From Candidatus Bathyarchaeota archaeon (GTDB lineage Archaea > Thermoproteota > Bathyarchaeia > 40CM-2-53-6), in NCBI GenBank assembly GCA_963733055.1, contig CAVTBR010000003.1, positions 704,001 to 768,000 of the forward strand: a stretch of DNA of 64,000 nt, written 5' to 3'. The translations under genes and the position numbers were made by a program. Every line of letters begins with the position of its first letter. Positions within the stretch are counted from its first letter, which is position 1. A model generated the notes under the pieces. It was not told where the DNA came from and ran no database searches. It saw nothing but the letters and a program-made list of their open reading frames with translations. Below are positions 18,552 through 29,321 of this stretch, piece after piece.

Positions 18552-20579
18552 TTGCTATTACCGACCAGGATGAGACGCGTCGAGATAATTGTACCGAAGA
18601 GAAACTTCGAAGACGTGATGCTCTACCTCAGAGAGCAGAATACTATCGAACTGCTTGACGTCAAGGAAATGATCAAAGGGTATGGCGGAGGCGTTACTCC
18701 AACTCCTCTTTCGGATAGGCTATATCGGCTTACGACTCTGGAATCGAAGATCAATTCCGTAATCGCAACGCTCGAAATTACCGGAACCCGCGCAAAGCCG
18801 GTCTCAGTCGAACGACGAGTCTCCGACGAACAGTTTGCCGAAGTTGAAAAGAAAGTATCCGATTTAGAATCGCGGGTAACAGGCCTCACGAATGAAGCAC
18901 AGACCCTCGAAGCCCTCGTCACGTACGCAGAACATCAAGTTAATCTGAGCATTGAAGAGATAATGAAGATTGACGACGTAAACTCCCCCGAAGGCCGACA
19001 TAAGCTCGAGGAGATCATCACTGGCATCTTCCAGACATTGAAACCGACGGAACTCAAAGTTTCAGGCCCGCTGGAAGATATTGTTCAATCGAAAGCGTTG
19101 GAAGAGGCGGTTGTCAAGGATATTTCAGACAATGTTACCAAAATTTTGGAATCGAAACGAGACTCCGCCGCAATCGCCGAGACCATCACCAGCACGTTAG
19201 GCCTGAAACTGAAATCAATTTCACGGAAAAAGAACCTCAGGTACGAAGCGGCAAGCAGAATCGAAGCCGCGCGAACGCGACTCAAGGAATTGAAAGCGAA
19301 CCTTGCCGAGATCAGCCACGCAGACGGAGAATACCTGCTGGTACAGAGGGAAGTCATCGGCGCGGAAAGAGCACTCGAGCAAGCAAAGGGCTACTGCGGA
19401 AAGACGGAATCGACATCCATGATCGAGGGATGGATACCGTCCTCAAAAGTGAACAAGATTAAGGACGGACTCAAATCGATATGTGCAGACGAAGTAATCG
19501 TCAAAGACTGGCCCGCCAAAAACGCCCCAACACAGCTCCAAAACCCCAAGGGGCCAATCTTATCCACATTCGAGAAACTAACAGTCGGCTTCGGAGTACC
19601 AAAGAGCGAAGAGATCGATCCCACCATTCTATGGCTCGTAACCTACCCGCTCTTCTTCGGGCTTATGTTCGGTGACGTAGGCAACGGAATTGTAGTAATA
19701 ATCGCATCAAGCATCATTTACTTCTACAAGAGAAGGGGATTGAAGATCCCAGACAACGCCTACGGAGGAATGGGCGGCGTCTTCAGCATGGTAATCGCCG
19801 GTTCACCCTTATTGATTCTGAGCGGCTTCGCGTCCCTATTTGTTGGATTCCTGTACGGAACAATATTCGGAAATGTGGAATGGTTTAAGATGGTTACCGG
19901 CCTCCCTGGACCCCTCTGGTTCGAACCATTCAGCAACATACGACTAATGCTGAGATTATCCATAACGATCGGCGTAATTCACATAATGTCCGGCATGATA
20001 CTGAAGATAATAGACAAGCTCTACGTCCGAGATTACCGCGAAATGATTTCCGGCCCCTTGGTTTGGCTATGGTTCTACGGAGCGTTCGGTATCACTTTGT
20101 TACAATACGGGTTGCGCTTCCCCAACTACCTCTTCAACCCGAACAACGGCATGAACATATTCTTGATTATGGGAGTCCCTCTCATCGCGATGCTGGTAGC
20201 AAAGTTCTGGGCTGTAGGACCAATGGGTTTGATGGAGGCCTTTGAAGCGTTGCTCGCAACCTTGTCCCACACAATATCCTATGTTCGAATACTCGCAATG
20301 AAACTCATCGAGGACGTATTCTTCCACTTATTCCTTGGAGTACTAGTCTTCTTCATGGCTTGGGGAAACCTAGCCGGCGACGCCCTCGGATACATACTCT
20401 TCGCGGCTCTAACAACAATACTAATCATGATACTAGAGACCGCTTTCGTGTTCATGCAGACTCTTCGACTTCACTGGGTAGAGTGGTTCCTCAAATTCTA
20501 CGAGGGAAGCGGTATCGCATTCAAACCCTACGGCATCATCAGAACCTACACCCGAGTTCAGACCGACCTCCCCTCGTAA
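18552..20579 (+). CDS. atpI: A/V-type ATP synthase subunit I
   Basis: EIDPT, FFGLMFGDVG, SHTISYVRILA, LRLHWVEWF.KFY.G.G..F.P. Confidence 0.93.
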   Translation: MLLPTRMRRVEIIVPKRNFEDVMLYLREQNTIELLDVKEMIKGYGGGVTPTPLSDRLYRLTTLESKINSVIATLEITGTRAKPVSVERRVSDEQFAEVEKKVSDLESRVTGLTNEAQTLEALVTYAEHQVNLSIEEIMKIDDVNSPEGRHKLEEIITGIFQTLKPTELKVSGPLEDIVQSKALEEAVVKDISDNVTKILESKRDSAAIAETITSTLGLKLKSISRKKNLRYEAASRIEAARTRLKELKANLAEISHADGEYLLVQREVIGAERALEQAKGYCGKTESTSMIEGWIPSSKVNKIKDGLKSICADEVIVKDWPAKNAPTQLQNPKGPILSTFEKLTVGFGVPKSEEIDPTILWLVTYPLFFGLMFGDVGNGIVVIIASSIIYFYKRRGLKIPDNAYGGMGGVFSMVIAGSPLLILSGFASLFVGFLYGTIFGNVEWFKMVTGLPGPLWFEPFSNIRLMLRLSITIGVIHIMSGMILKIIDKLYVRDYREMISGPLVWLWFYGAFGITLLQYGLRFPNYLFNPNNGMNIFLIMGVPLIAMLVAKFWAVGPMGLMEAFEALLATLSHTISYVRILAMKLIEDVFFHLFLGVLVFFMAWGNLAGDALGYILFAALTTILIMILETAFVFMQTLRLHWVEWFLKFYEGSGIAFKPYGIIRTYTRVQTDLPS

Positions 20580-20675
20580 CACGCAGAACTTGCGGTTGAA
20601 CCTCGAACAGATGCGGCTTCTGTTTATATTGCCGTGTCGCTGGCGTACCAGACACAGCGATAAGGTGAATCTCCT

Positions 20676-21998
20676 ACGAGTGCATCAAGCGCAGTTCAGG
20701 TCCAAGCAATAAGCGACATTGTCGCGGAACTACAGGAATATGGCCTGACCCGAAATGAAGCCCGAGTACTCGTCTTCTTAGCGAAAACGGGCCCGTCAAA
20801 AGCCAGCGAGGTCGCACGAGCTGTCCTGATCAACCGAACAGAAACCTACCGAACCATCAGGAACCTTCAGAGGCGCGGCCTCGTGGAGGCAACACTTGAG
20901 CGACCCGTACGATTACAATCTGTCCCCTTTGAGCGATGCTTGAGCATTCTCATCGAGGAACGAAAGGCGAGGCTGAGAATTCTCGAACAGCGGGGAGAAG
21001 CCCTACGTCGCCAATTTGACGTTGTTCGCATAGAGCCCGTGACCCACGAAGTGGAACGGTTTCAAGTAGTGGAAGGTAGACTTCGAATTGAACAGAGACT
21101 GCAGGGCATGTGTTCGCAGGCCCAAAAATCAGTCATGACAGTTCTTTCCCCCTCAGAGATGGTCAGGGCCGATACCGCCGGCCTCTTTGACATGCTAAAC
21201 CAGGCTGCGTCAGGCGGGTTACGCGTAAGAGTGATTACTTCGATAGTGAAACCGAACCTCGAGATAGTCGAGAAACTCCCGCAACACGTTGAGATTCGAC
21301 ACTTGGACCTGAAAGCAAAGCCGATTCCGAGAGTTTCAATTATTGACGACAGCGAGGCTCTATTCGAGATAAGCACTGCTGATGACTCGCCCAGAATGGA
21401 AGAAGAGGTCGCGCTGTGGATCAACAGCCGCGCATTCGTGCGAAACCTTCAAGCCTACTTTGACGAGATGTGGACCTCTGCGACACCCTCCGAAGCTCGG
21501 ATTGAAGCTTTGCGAAAGGGCATTCCTCCAGACGAACTCAAAATCTTCAAGGGACGAAACGAAGTCAACGGAAAGCTCAATCAAATGATCGAATCCGCCG
21601 ATAAGAGCGTTGAGATCTGGACGACGATGAGGGGAATTCAGGCTCTCGCGGACTTCCATTTCGCGCAGTTGAAAGAGGCAAAAGGGCGCGGAGCGAAGAT
21701 TCGTATCATAGCGCCGATCACAAGCGAGAACACGGAAGGAGCTAGGAAACTCGTCCCGGTCTCCGAATTGCGTTACTCCGAGGCGCTTGGGCCGACAGGA
21801 ATGGCTATCGTGAATCAACGAGAGTTAATGCTCTACGAGAGGTTACCGGACGACAACAGCCCGGATGTGGGAGCTGATGTTGGATTTTGGACTAACAGTA
21901 CTCGGTTCACTGAAACTATGAGTCGAGCGTATGATGCCATGTGGAAAGGGGTGTTTACAATCTACACGCCAAAGCGTCGCGGGTCTCAGAGTAGATAG
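20676..21998 (+). CDS. TrmB family transcriptional regulator
   Basis: Frame upstream of 20883 encodes LQEYGLTRNEARVL...SEVARAV...TYRTIRNLQRRGLVE (TrmB wHTH), then two effector-type domains; no in-frame ATG/GTG/TTG, ACG at 20676 follows GGTGA. Confidence 0.88.
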   Translation, partial: TSASSAVQVQAISDIVAELQEYGLTRNEARVLVFLAKTGPSKASEVARAVLINRTETYRTIRNLQRRGLVEATLERPVRLQSVPFERCLSILIEERKARLRILEQRGEALRRQFDVVRIEPVTHEVERFQVVEGRLRIEQRLQGMCSQAQKSVMTVLSPSEMVRADTAGLFDMLNQAASGGLRVRVITSIVKPNLEIVEKLPQHVEIRHLDLKAKPIPRVSIIDDSEALFEISTADDSPRMEEEVALWINSRAFVRNLQAYFDEMWTSATPSEARIEALRKGIPPDELKIFKGRNEVNGKLNQMIESADKSVEIWTTMRGIQALADFHFAQLKEAKGRGAKIRIIAPITSENTEGARKLVPVSELRYSEALGPTGMAIVNQRELMLYERLPDDNSPDVGADVGFWTNSTRFTETMSRAYDAMWKGVFTIYTPKRRGSQSR

Positions 21999-22036
21999 AC
22001 CGAAAATACTTTCATGAATTTACATAGGCGCTGTAT

Positions 22037-22906
22037 TTGTCGCGCCCGAAGTTCGGCCTCCAGCTTCCGCAGGATACTCCCAATCCGGACCATCTCATTG
22101 AGGTGGCCAAAGAATGCGAGGCCCTTGGATACGATAGCGTTTGGGCATATGACCACCTTTCTCCTTACTGGCTTCCCTCAGGCAGAGCCATGGAATGCTG
22201 GACCCTGCTTTCCGCCGTCGCGGCTCGGACGTCAAAGATTAGAATTGGAAGCCTCGTAACGAATGTAAATCTGCGCAATCCCGCATTACTCGCAAAGATG
22301 ACGAGCACAGTCGACTGCATTAGTGGGGGGAGGCTGATTGTCGGATTGGGTCCCGGTGATAGAATGAGTGCGCATGAAATGCAAAGCCATGGCTATCACT
22401 TTCCGTCGCTTGAACGGAGAATAAGTCGCCTGAGGGATACAATCCTTATCTTGAGAGAGATGTGGACTGGCGAGAACATCTCGGTAGTCGGCAAAACATC
22501 AGGGGTATCGAATGCGCTGAGCCTACCGGAGCCGAAACAAGAACCTGGACCACCAATTTGGATTGGCGGGAAACACCATATGATTCTAGATCTTGTCGCC
22601 GAGCTTGCGGATGGATGGAATTATTGGGACTTGGACAAGGGCCTCTTGGAAGAACGCGAGAAGTATCTGTTTGCAAAATGTGCAGAGTTCGGTCGCTCCC
22701 CCGAAGATCTGCTGAAGTCGTGGGCTGGAACGGTTGACAACGAGGTGAGGCGATCCTACAACAAGTCAATGATGGTTGATAGCATTAGGAGAATGCTGTT
22801 GTCGAAGACAAGCAAGTATACCGATTATTTCATAGCTTCTTTTGGCCACGAATCCGACCGCGAGGCTTACGAGGCATTCGCGGAGGCTGTGAAATCACTC
22901 GCCTAA
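22037..22906 (+). CDS. LLM class flavin/F420-dependent oxidoreductase
   Basis: GYDSVWAYDHL, RNPALLAKM, SGGRLIVGLG, PPIWIGG, ADGWN. Confidence 0.9.
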   Translation: MSRPKFGLQLPQDTPNPDHLIEVAKECEALGYDSVWAYDHLSPYWLPSGRAMECWTLLSAVAARTSKIRIGSLVTNVNLRNPALLAKMTSTVDCISGGRLIVGLGPGDRMSAHEMQSHGYHFPSLERRISRLRDTILILREMWTGENISVVGKTSGVSNALSLPEPKQEPGPPIWIGGKHHMILDLVAELADGWNYWDLDKGLLEEREKYLFAKCAEFGRSPEDLLKSWAGTVDNEVRRSYNKSMMVDSIRRMLLSKTSKYTDYFIASFGHESDREAYEAFAEAVKSLA

Positions 22907-22919
22907 TGGGGGTTGGATT

Positions 22920-23659
22920 ATGAACCTCTCTGAGCAGCGGACGACCAAGACTAGGCAGATTACGTTGGCTGCGGTCTTTGCGATCGTATACTTCATTCTA
23001 AGGAGCGTGCCCACGTTTTCGATGATTGAGTTGTCTGGACAGTTTACGGCGGGAGACTTTCTGTTGACAACTATCGCTTTAGTGGCGGGGGTTTGGAGCG
23101 GAACAATCGCGGTTTTGGTCGGAACTATAATCGCTTACCCGGTGAGGCCTCCTATTTTCTTTGGGTTGGATTTTCTTCCTGGCGTTGTGAACGTTTTCGT
23201 GGCTGCGCTTCTAATTTCAGGGCGACGCAGAATTGCCCAAGCTGTCTACGTTCTGATCTTGGCCGCATTTCTTGTAAGCCCGTATAGCGTATTCTATGGC
23301 TACGACCATGTCCCCTACGTGTGGCTTCACCTGATCGCTCTTATCGTCCTCCTATCTCCTGCGGCCTCTCGGATACCCCGTGGTTGAACAAGGGTGGATA
23401 TTTCGGAGCTGCCGCCATTGCAACCCTAGCTTTTGTGGGCACCATGGCGCAACACCTTGTGGGTGGAATATTGTTCGAAACCGTAGTGGGGTTCGTGGGA
23501 GGAGTTTCACCCGCTAAGTTTGCGCAGATCTGGGGAGTAGTATTCTTCCTATATCCGGAAGAAAGACTGATCATTCTGACGATATCGACGATTCTAGGTA
23601 TCGCAATATTCAACGCCTACCAACGGTTGCTCCCTCACACTACGAGAGGAAGACAGTAG
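22920..23659 (+). CDS. membrane protein, ECF S-component-like (frameshift near 23378)
   Basis: Two overlapping hydrophobic ORFs joined at a CCCC run; AAVFAIVY N-terminus, YPEERL near C-terminus. Confidence 0.65.
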
Positions 23660-23784
23660 GCTATGCGAGCTGAGGGCCCGAGCAGGACAAAGTCTGAACG
23701 ACCTCTCCCGTTCCGCGGTTAACTCCTGTAACCATATTAGAGTGCGGAAACCTATCCTCTTCTTGATGTAGGTAAAACCGCTGG

Positions 23785-24834
23785 GTGGAACGGATTATGG
23801 CCAAACGCCCGATGAAACTCTTCGAACGGTTGCTAGATACTGACGTGAAGGCAGACCTACTTACGCTCTTTCATAACAATGCCAACATGTCTGAGACTCC
23901 GGAAGGACTGGCGAAGAAGGTTGGACGGAACCCAGTCGAGGTCCAGCGTGAGCTCGAAGATTTAGTGGAACTTGGAATTCTGAAGAAAGTTGAGGTTTAC
24001 TCGTTTGGAATGGACCGAGATAAGGAAATACAAGACGCGATTTCAAAGCAACTAGCTCTCGGAGAGATCGTTGGACCCGGCGGAGCAGTTAGCGGCACCG
24101 GCGTTAATGCAAGACAAGTTCCTAGGATCAGATCAGGGATCGAGATCATAGACAAGATGCTTCCCGATGGATTACCCTCTACATGCACGATCGTCCTACT
24201 CACCGATCCGGGGGCTGGACCAGAGAACGTTGTGGCGCACATGGTCGGTCGCCAAATCGAATCTGGGAAGACCGTTCTGTACATCACTTTGGATAATTTC
24301 CCACCCAACATTCGGCAGAGCGTTCACGCGCACGTTACTCAGGGAACTACTGACTGGTCGTCTCTTGTGTTTGTCGATTGCTACTCGAAGACGGTCGGCG
24401 TCGAGAGTGAAGAGACGCACGCGGTTGATCCGGAAAACGTGACAGCAATCAGCATCGCAATATCGGACGTGATGGCGCGCAGTGCAGTGTCACTGATCGT
24501 GGTTGACTCATTCAACACCTTGATACGCAAAAGAGGGGGCCATTCGGCGATTGAGTTCTTGCGCGTCCTCGTGGCTAGAACACGGCAGGCGAAGTGTCTT
24601 TGCCTAGTCACTATGAATCGGAAGGCCTTTCATCCGGCCATCGTCGCTTCGGCGCAGGACATTGTGGACGGAGTTATCGAACTTAAACTGGACGAAGAAG
24701 CCGAAGGGATCGCCACGTCGCTTCGGATTCTTAAGATGGTTGGGGCAAAACATTCCACCGCTTGGGAGCGGTATACGATTTCCGATGACGGTGAATTGGT
24801 TTCAGCGGCTCCGGATACAACTGAAAAAACTTAG
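23785..24834 (+). CDS. wHTH-fused KaiC/RAD55-like RecA-fold protein with degenerate Walker A
   Basis: SGIEIIDKML, DPGAGPE in place of GxGKT, FVDCYS, IVVDSF, DGVIEL, LRILKMVG; N-terminal HTH (GLAKKVGRNPVEVQRELEDLVELGIL). Confidence 0.82.
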   Translation: MERIMAKRPMKLFERLLDTDVKADLLTLFHNNANMSETPEGLAKKVGRNPVEVQRELEDLVELGILKKVEVYSFGMDRDKEIQDAISKQLALGEIVGPGGAVSGTGVNARQVPRIRSGIEIIDKMLPDGLPSTCTIVLLTDPGAGPENVVAHMVGRQIESGKTVLYITLDNFPPNIRQSVHAHVTQGTTDWSSLVFVDCYSKTVGVESEETHAVDPENVTAISIAISDVMARSAVSLIVVDSFNTLIRKRGGHSAIEFLRVLVARTRQAKCLCLVTMNRKAFHPAIVASAQDIVDGVIELKLDEEAEGIATSLRILKMVGAKHSTAWERYTISDDGELVSAAPDTTEKT

Positions 24835-24841
24835 ATGTGGT

Positions 24842-25959
24842 CTAGCTCATCTCTTTCAATTTCGCTGGTAGGTACTTGTCGACTATGTAGGCTAGGCCGT
24901 AACGGCTGAAAGCCTCCTGCTCCGATTTACGTTTGTTCTTCAGGAACGACGCAATCTCCTTCTTCCACAATTTCCCATCGTATCGAGGATCCTTCTCAAG
25001 CTCGTAGAGGCGTTTTATGTCAAGATCGGTTAGTGGGTCACTTGGGAGTTTGTAATTAACGATATCCGAGGCATGAACTCCGCACCATTTGGCGTCTGGC
25101 GTGTTTAGGTCCCGAAGGTGTGCTGCGTTCGCTGAACCCGAGATTATGACGTTGGCGATGTGCATTCCCCAAGGATCCGCAGTCGCAGAATATGTAACAT
25201 GGTAGCTTCAGCTCTCTATTCATTCGCCTTATCAGAGATCGAGTTGCGCGAGGAGCCTGGCCGGCTGTGTGAATCAATATTGCCCTGTGCTTCTCATGAA
25301 CCCGCTCTTCGATGAAACGAGTGAACAAGCCACCTTTCTCGATGGCAATTATCTTGTCGGCACCACAATCACCGAATTCGGCATTTGTCGAGCGCGGGGC
25401 CGATCATCATTCCGTCGGGATGCGAGGCAAGGTTAAGTTCCTTCCCCTCGTAACCTCGCACGGTATACCGAATTGTTAAGTCGCCGAATATTGCGCTCCG
25501 TTCTTCGGGAAAGACGTTGAAATCTTCCCTAGAGTGACCAATCACTGTTTCTAGATCAGTGATTATGTCATCGCTTTCTGCCTGATCGGCGAAGCTCATT
25601 TCATATGCCTGGGCAGAATAGAAGACGTCTCGAAGGGTTGAGGTTTTTCCTTCGCTGGTGAGTTCGTCGACGAATGACCCAGTCCAGACAAGTTGGGTTA
25701 ACGGCCGGACGTGTCTGATGTTGCGCACGCTTCGTCTTACGAAGTGATCTCCAAGAATGTACTGCCGAGTCTGTTGATCGTAGTGGATGTTAGTGATAGA
25801 TCGGCTTGGCATGCGGACTGAGGGCCACTGTTTCTGAGACAGTTGCGCGTAGATTTGCTCGCCAAGGTCCTTTAGGGTACCCTGGACGACGCGTTTCTTT
25901 TCTTCGATTCGGCTAGGCGTCTTGGATGTCTTCGTCGCTTTCGTCGCTTTCTTCTTCAT
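24842..25959 (-). CDS. top6A: DNA topoisomerase VI subunit A (two apparent frameshifts)
   Basis: [24 protein letters not shown] motifs spread over three ORFs. Confidence 0.93.
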
Positions 25960-27469
25960 GGCTTAGAACACTCTTCAGTAACAACGAAACGTCGGGCTGC
26001 TTACTTTTTCTCGCAAGCTTCGTGGAGAATAAGGCAATTTTCGGAAGGTACTTTTGGAATACGTCAAGCCTGTGCTTGTCGTGGGCGATATTGATTTTCT
26101 TTGATAGGAATAATGATAGTCTCCGAGCGACCTCCCTTAGCGCGTTTAATATTTCGTGTTCGACATCAGGCCTGTCCGCGATGAATTCCTTCCCAACGGT
26201 CTTGTACGGTACTTTGGTGGAGCATATGTGAACGAAAACTGCGATCGGCATGTCGGGGGTGGCCTTGTAATGCTTCCAGTCGACTTGCGTATTGACTACC
26301 TTCCAAGAGACGTCGCTTGCTTCATCGAAGAGCAGGGGGATCTTGTTGGCAAACCTAAACAATTTGATGCCGCCGCCGGCCTCAATCTGTCCACCATACG
26401 CAATCCCAACCTCAACTATGAAGGGGAATCCGGCGTAAGCTGAGGGTTTTCGTTGGTAGACGGCGATGAATTCTGGGGAAAGCTCCTTCTTTATCCCAGC
26501 CTCCAACAATTCCTCGCCCAACGGAGAGAGGCAGCTGGCGTCAGGAGCTAGGAACTTGTAATTCTTCATCCCGTTCACGAGGGTGACGATTTCCTCCGGG
26601 GTGAGTTTCTTAGGGTTCTTCCTCGTCGCGAGGTTGACCGTTTGGAGGAACGACGTGGCAATGGTTCTCCCAACCCGATGGAAATGAGTTCGCATGAAAT
26701 TCACGAGCGTCCTCTCGTTGGTTAGATCGATTAGGCGCTTCATGGTTTCGACGTCGACTCCGTGTGGGTGGGGTAAGGTTTCTTCAGGCGGTTTCGGCAT
26801 CTGGGTGGTAATGCGATCAAACCTGTACAGCCTGCCTCGCGGATCAACGTAAGTCACGGTGGCGTAGGGGGCGACGATCGCGGTCTCCATTAGGTAATCT
26901 AGAATTTTCGACATTGCACGGGTGTAATCTGCTTCTGTGGAGAATTCGATTACGGCCCCGTGCCATCGGTTCTCGTTCGGATGGGTTTTGTGTTTCAAAA
27001 CCGTGGGCTTGTTCTTCTGTATGTCAATAATCAGATCGTATTGATGGATCTTCGTCGGACCGGTGCTCGACATTATAGTGGCCGTCCCATGAGTGGTGAT
27101 TTGGCCGTAGAGGATCGCCATCTTCCCGCCCAAGCCGAAGGTGCCTCGAGTCTGTCGGAGTTTGTACTTTGATCCGAAGAGCACCTGGCCGAAGGCTGAT
27201 GGAATTATGTCGTGAGGTATGCCAATCCCATTATCTTCAATATGCACCCTGTAAATGCCGGGCCCATCAGTGGGCCCCGACTCGTGCGAAATGCGCAGAT
27301 ATATGTCGGGCGGAATTTGTTTTGTTTCACACGCGTCCAGAGAGTTTTCAACTAGTTCACGGATGGTTGAATAGATCGCCCGAGTTGGATTTGTGAACCC
27401 CGCGATGTCACGGTTCCGGTAGAAGAAGTCTGCCGCAGAGATTTCCTGGAATACTTCTTGCAGCGCCAT
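25913..27469 (-). CDS. top6B: DNA topoisomerase VI subunit B
   Basis: RELVENSLDA, EDNGIG, QTRGTFGLG, PHPHGVD, RFANKIPL. Confidence 0.97.
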   Translation of the reverse strand: MALQEVFQEISAADFFYRNRDIAGFTNPTRAIYSTIRELVENSLDACETKQIPPDIYLRISHESGPTDGPGIYRVHIEDNGIGIPHDIIPSAFGQVLFGSKYKLRQTRGTFGLGGKMAILYGQITTHGTATIMSSTGPTKIHQYDLIIDIQKNKPTVLKHKTHPNENRWHGAVIEFSTEADYTRAMSKILDYLMETAIVAPYATVTYVDPRGRLYRFDRITTQMPKPPEETLPHPHGVDVETMKRLIDLTNERTLVNFMRTHFHRVGRTIATSFLQTVNLATRKNPKKLTPEEIVTLVNGMKNYKFLAPDASCLSPLGEELLEAGIKKELSPEFIAVYQRKPSAYAGFPFIVEVGIAYGGQIEAGGGIKLFRFANKIPLLFDEASDVSWKVVNTQVDWKHYKATPDMPIAVFVHICSTKVPYKTVGKEFIADRPDVEHEILNALREVARRLSLFLSKKINIAHDKHRLDVFQKYLPKIALFSTKLARKSKQPDVSLLLKSVLSHEEESDESDEDIQDA

Positions 27470-27526
27470 TAGGGTTCGACTACCTTTGCGGGCGTGTGGA
27501 ATAAAGCTGATGATGGTTTCTGCGTG

Positions 27527-28099
27527 TCAACTCGGTGGCTTTTGCCACAGCTCAAGGGTTTCTCTCTTTTTGCTTTCACTCTTTATCTTTCTAAGTAATT
27601 TGTACACGGTGGAATGCTGTTTGCCTTTCAGTAAGAGTTCTATTGCTTCTCTTGCAGCAGTGACCGTCTCATAATCGCCGAGCATCGAGATCGTATGCCC
27701 GTAAACTGACACTTTTGCATCGGTCATTTCCTCCAGTAATCTACGAATCTTTCCTTCGCGGCCGATCACGCGCCCTTTCAGTCGAGAGATGTCTCGGTCA
27801 TTCTTGCCGAAAGTTTCTCGCAAGTCAATAATGTCGAGCACTATGTCGTCGTCGGTGAGTGTGAGTGCGCGTTCGGGTGAAAATCCTTCGAGCAATTGCG
27901 AGAACTACGTCACGCGCCCGTAGGATTGTGGTTGGATCATCTGAATCTTCGCGCGGACGATCTCGATCACGCCGCTCTCACTTTGAACGAGAAGCTTCAC
28001 CTTGAACGCATTCTCAATTTCGGATTTTGTTGTCCCATCTCTTCCAATTAAGACGCCCATGCGTTCATTCGGAATAGTCGTGCTAATTCTTGTCGACAT
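27527..28099 (-). CDS. KH-domain pre-rRNA processing protein Dim2/Pno1 (frameshifted)
   Basis: RMGVLIGRDG and KGRVIGREGK KH motifs in adjacent ORFs; sits between rio1 and top6B. Confidence 0.9.
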
Positions 28100-28880
28100 C
28101 TTCCCCTGTCACCCATTTCGTTAGCCTTTCGATTGGAGGTACGCCAACTCCGATCTTCGAGAAGTATTCATTCATTCGTAGCAGATCTCTTTCAAGAAAA
28201 GTATTCGCCATAGGGTGTTCAATGGTCACTGCTTGTGCAAAGTCGAAGATTATCGGGTTGAGATCCACCATCATTATGTTGTACTCGCTCAGGTCGCCGT
28301 GAACCAGATGCGCCTTCTGGTAAAGGAGCTTTACTGCTTCAGCTACCTTGTCGTACACTCGTGCTGGATGGTTTAATGGGGTTTCCCTTAGCAGGGGTGC
28401 GGGTTCTCCTTTCTTCCCGATAAATTCCATCAGTAGCACATTGCCTTCAACCTTCAACGGGGTTGGGACACGTATACCGACCTCGGCAGCTTGCTGTAAG
28501 TTCCTGAACTCCTTCAACGCCCACAAGTTGACTAATGAACGTGTGTCTTTTCTTGTGCTCTTGAACCTTTCATCACCTTGAATGTACATCATTCTGCCCT
28601 TCAAGAATTCCGCGGAGGTCGTCAGGTAAATTTTGATGGCTACGAGCTTTCTTTTTCTCCCGACGCCCCAGTATAGCCGCGACTCTTTCCCAGCGCGGAC
28701 GACGCCGTTGATGCTGTTAATGTAGCCGCGGTTAAGTAAGCGGTAGACGATCATGAGTGTGGATCTATCGAACACTTCTTCGAGGGTGTCCATTTCTTCG
28801 CTGCGTTTGTCCCTCATCAATCGTTTTGTTTCATATTGCGCGACTCTCCTTCGTAGCTTTCGCTCGGCCCACGGTTCCAT
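28083..28880 (-). CDS. rio1: RIO1 family serine kinase
   Basis: GKESRLY, AIKIY, HGDLSEYNI, FDFAQAV. Confidence 0.95.
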   Translation of the reverse strand: MEPWAERKLRRRVAQYETKRLMRDKRSEEMDTLEEVFDRSTLMIVYRLLNRGYINSINGVVRAGKESRLYWGVGRKRKLVAIKIYLTTSAEFLKGRMMYIQGDERFKSTRKDTRSLVNLWALKEFRNLQQAAEVGIRVPTPLKVEGNVLLMEFIGKKGEPAPLLRETPLNHPARVYDKVAEAVKLLYQKAHLVHGDLSEYNIMMVDLNPIIFDFAQAVTIEHPMANTFLERDLLRMNEYFSKIGVGVPPIERLTKWVTGEDVDKN

Positions 28881-28897
28881 CTAAGACACCTTGGATT

Positions 28898-29203
28898 CTA
28901 TGCGAGGATGCGTCCTTGACTTCGTAGCACGTTGGCCTGGCTTTCCGTATAACGCCAGAGAATGTCGCCCCGCGAGTCCGTCTGGAAATCCCAGGGCGCG
29001 ACAAGTACGGTATCCCCGACCTTGATCCATACCCGACGTTTCATTTTCCCCCTGATGCGACACACTCTTTCGTGACCGTCCGCACATTTCACCATCAGTC
29101 GGTCATAACCTAGCATCTGAAGTACGACGCCGAACATCTGCCCCTCGCCGGGCAGCACCATTTCCCTGAGGTCTCCCTCACTCAGGACCTTCTTCTTACC
29201 CAC
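28898..29203 (-). CDS. eif1a: translation initiation factor aIF-1A
   Basis: CRIRGKMKRRVWIKVGD, PWDFQ, GDILWRY. Confidence 0.96.
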   Translation of the reverse strand: MGKKKVLSEGDLREMVLPGEGQMFGVVLQMLGYDRLMVKCADGHERVCRIRGKMKRRVWIKVGDTVLVAPWDFQTDSRGDILWRYTESQANVLRSQGRILA

Positions 29204-29321
29204 ACATTCCACCGAGTTTTGTTCTGCTATCAGCCCAGGACACTAAATAAGCATTTTAACCCCGCGTTAGCAACCCACGGTGGACCAACCGATACCCCAT
29301 ACAACCGGCCTGAAACCTGCG

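Noticed and set aside
24842-28099. Programmed frameshifting or true pseudogenes in top6A and Dim2
   Set aside because: No consistent slippery motif, and similar breaks are scattered across unrelated genes; sequencing indels are the simpler explanation.
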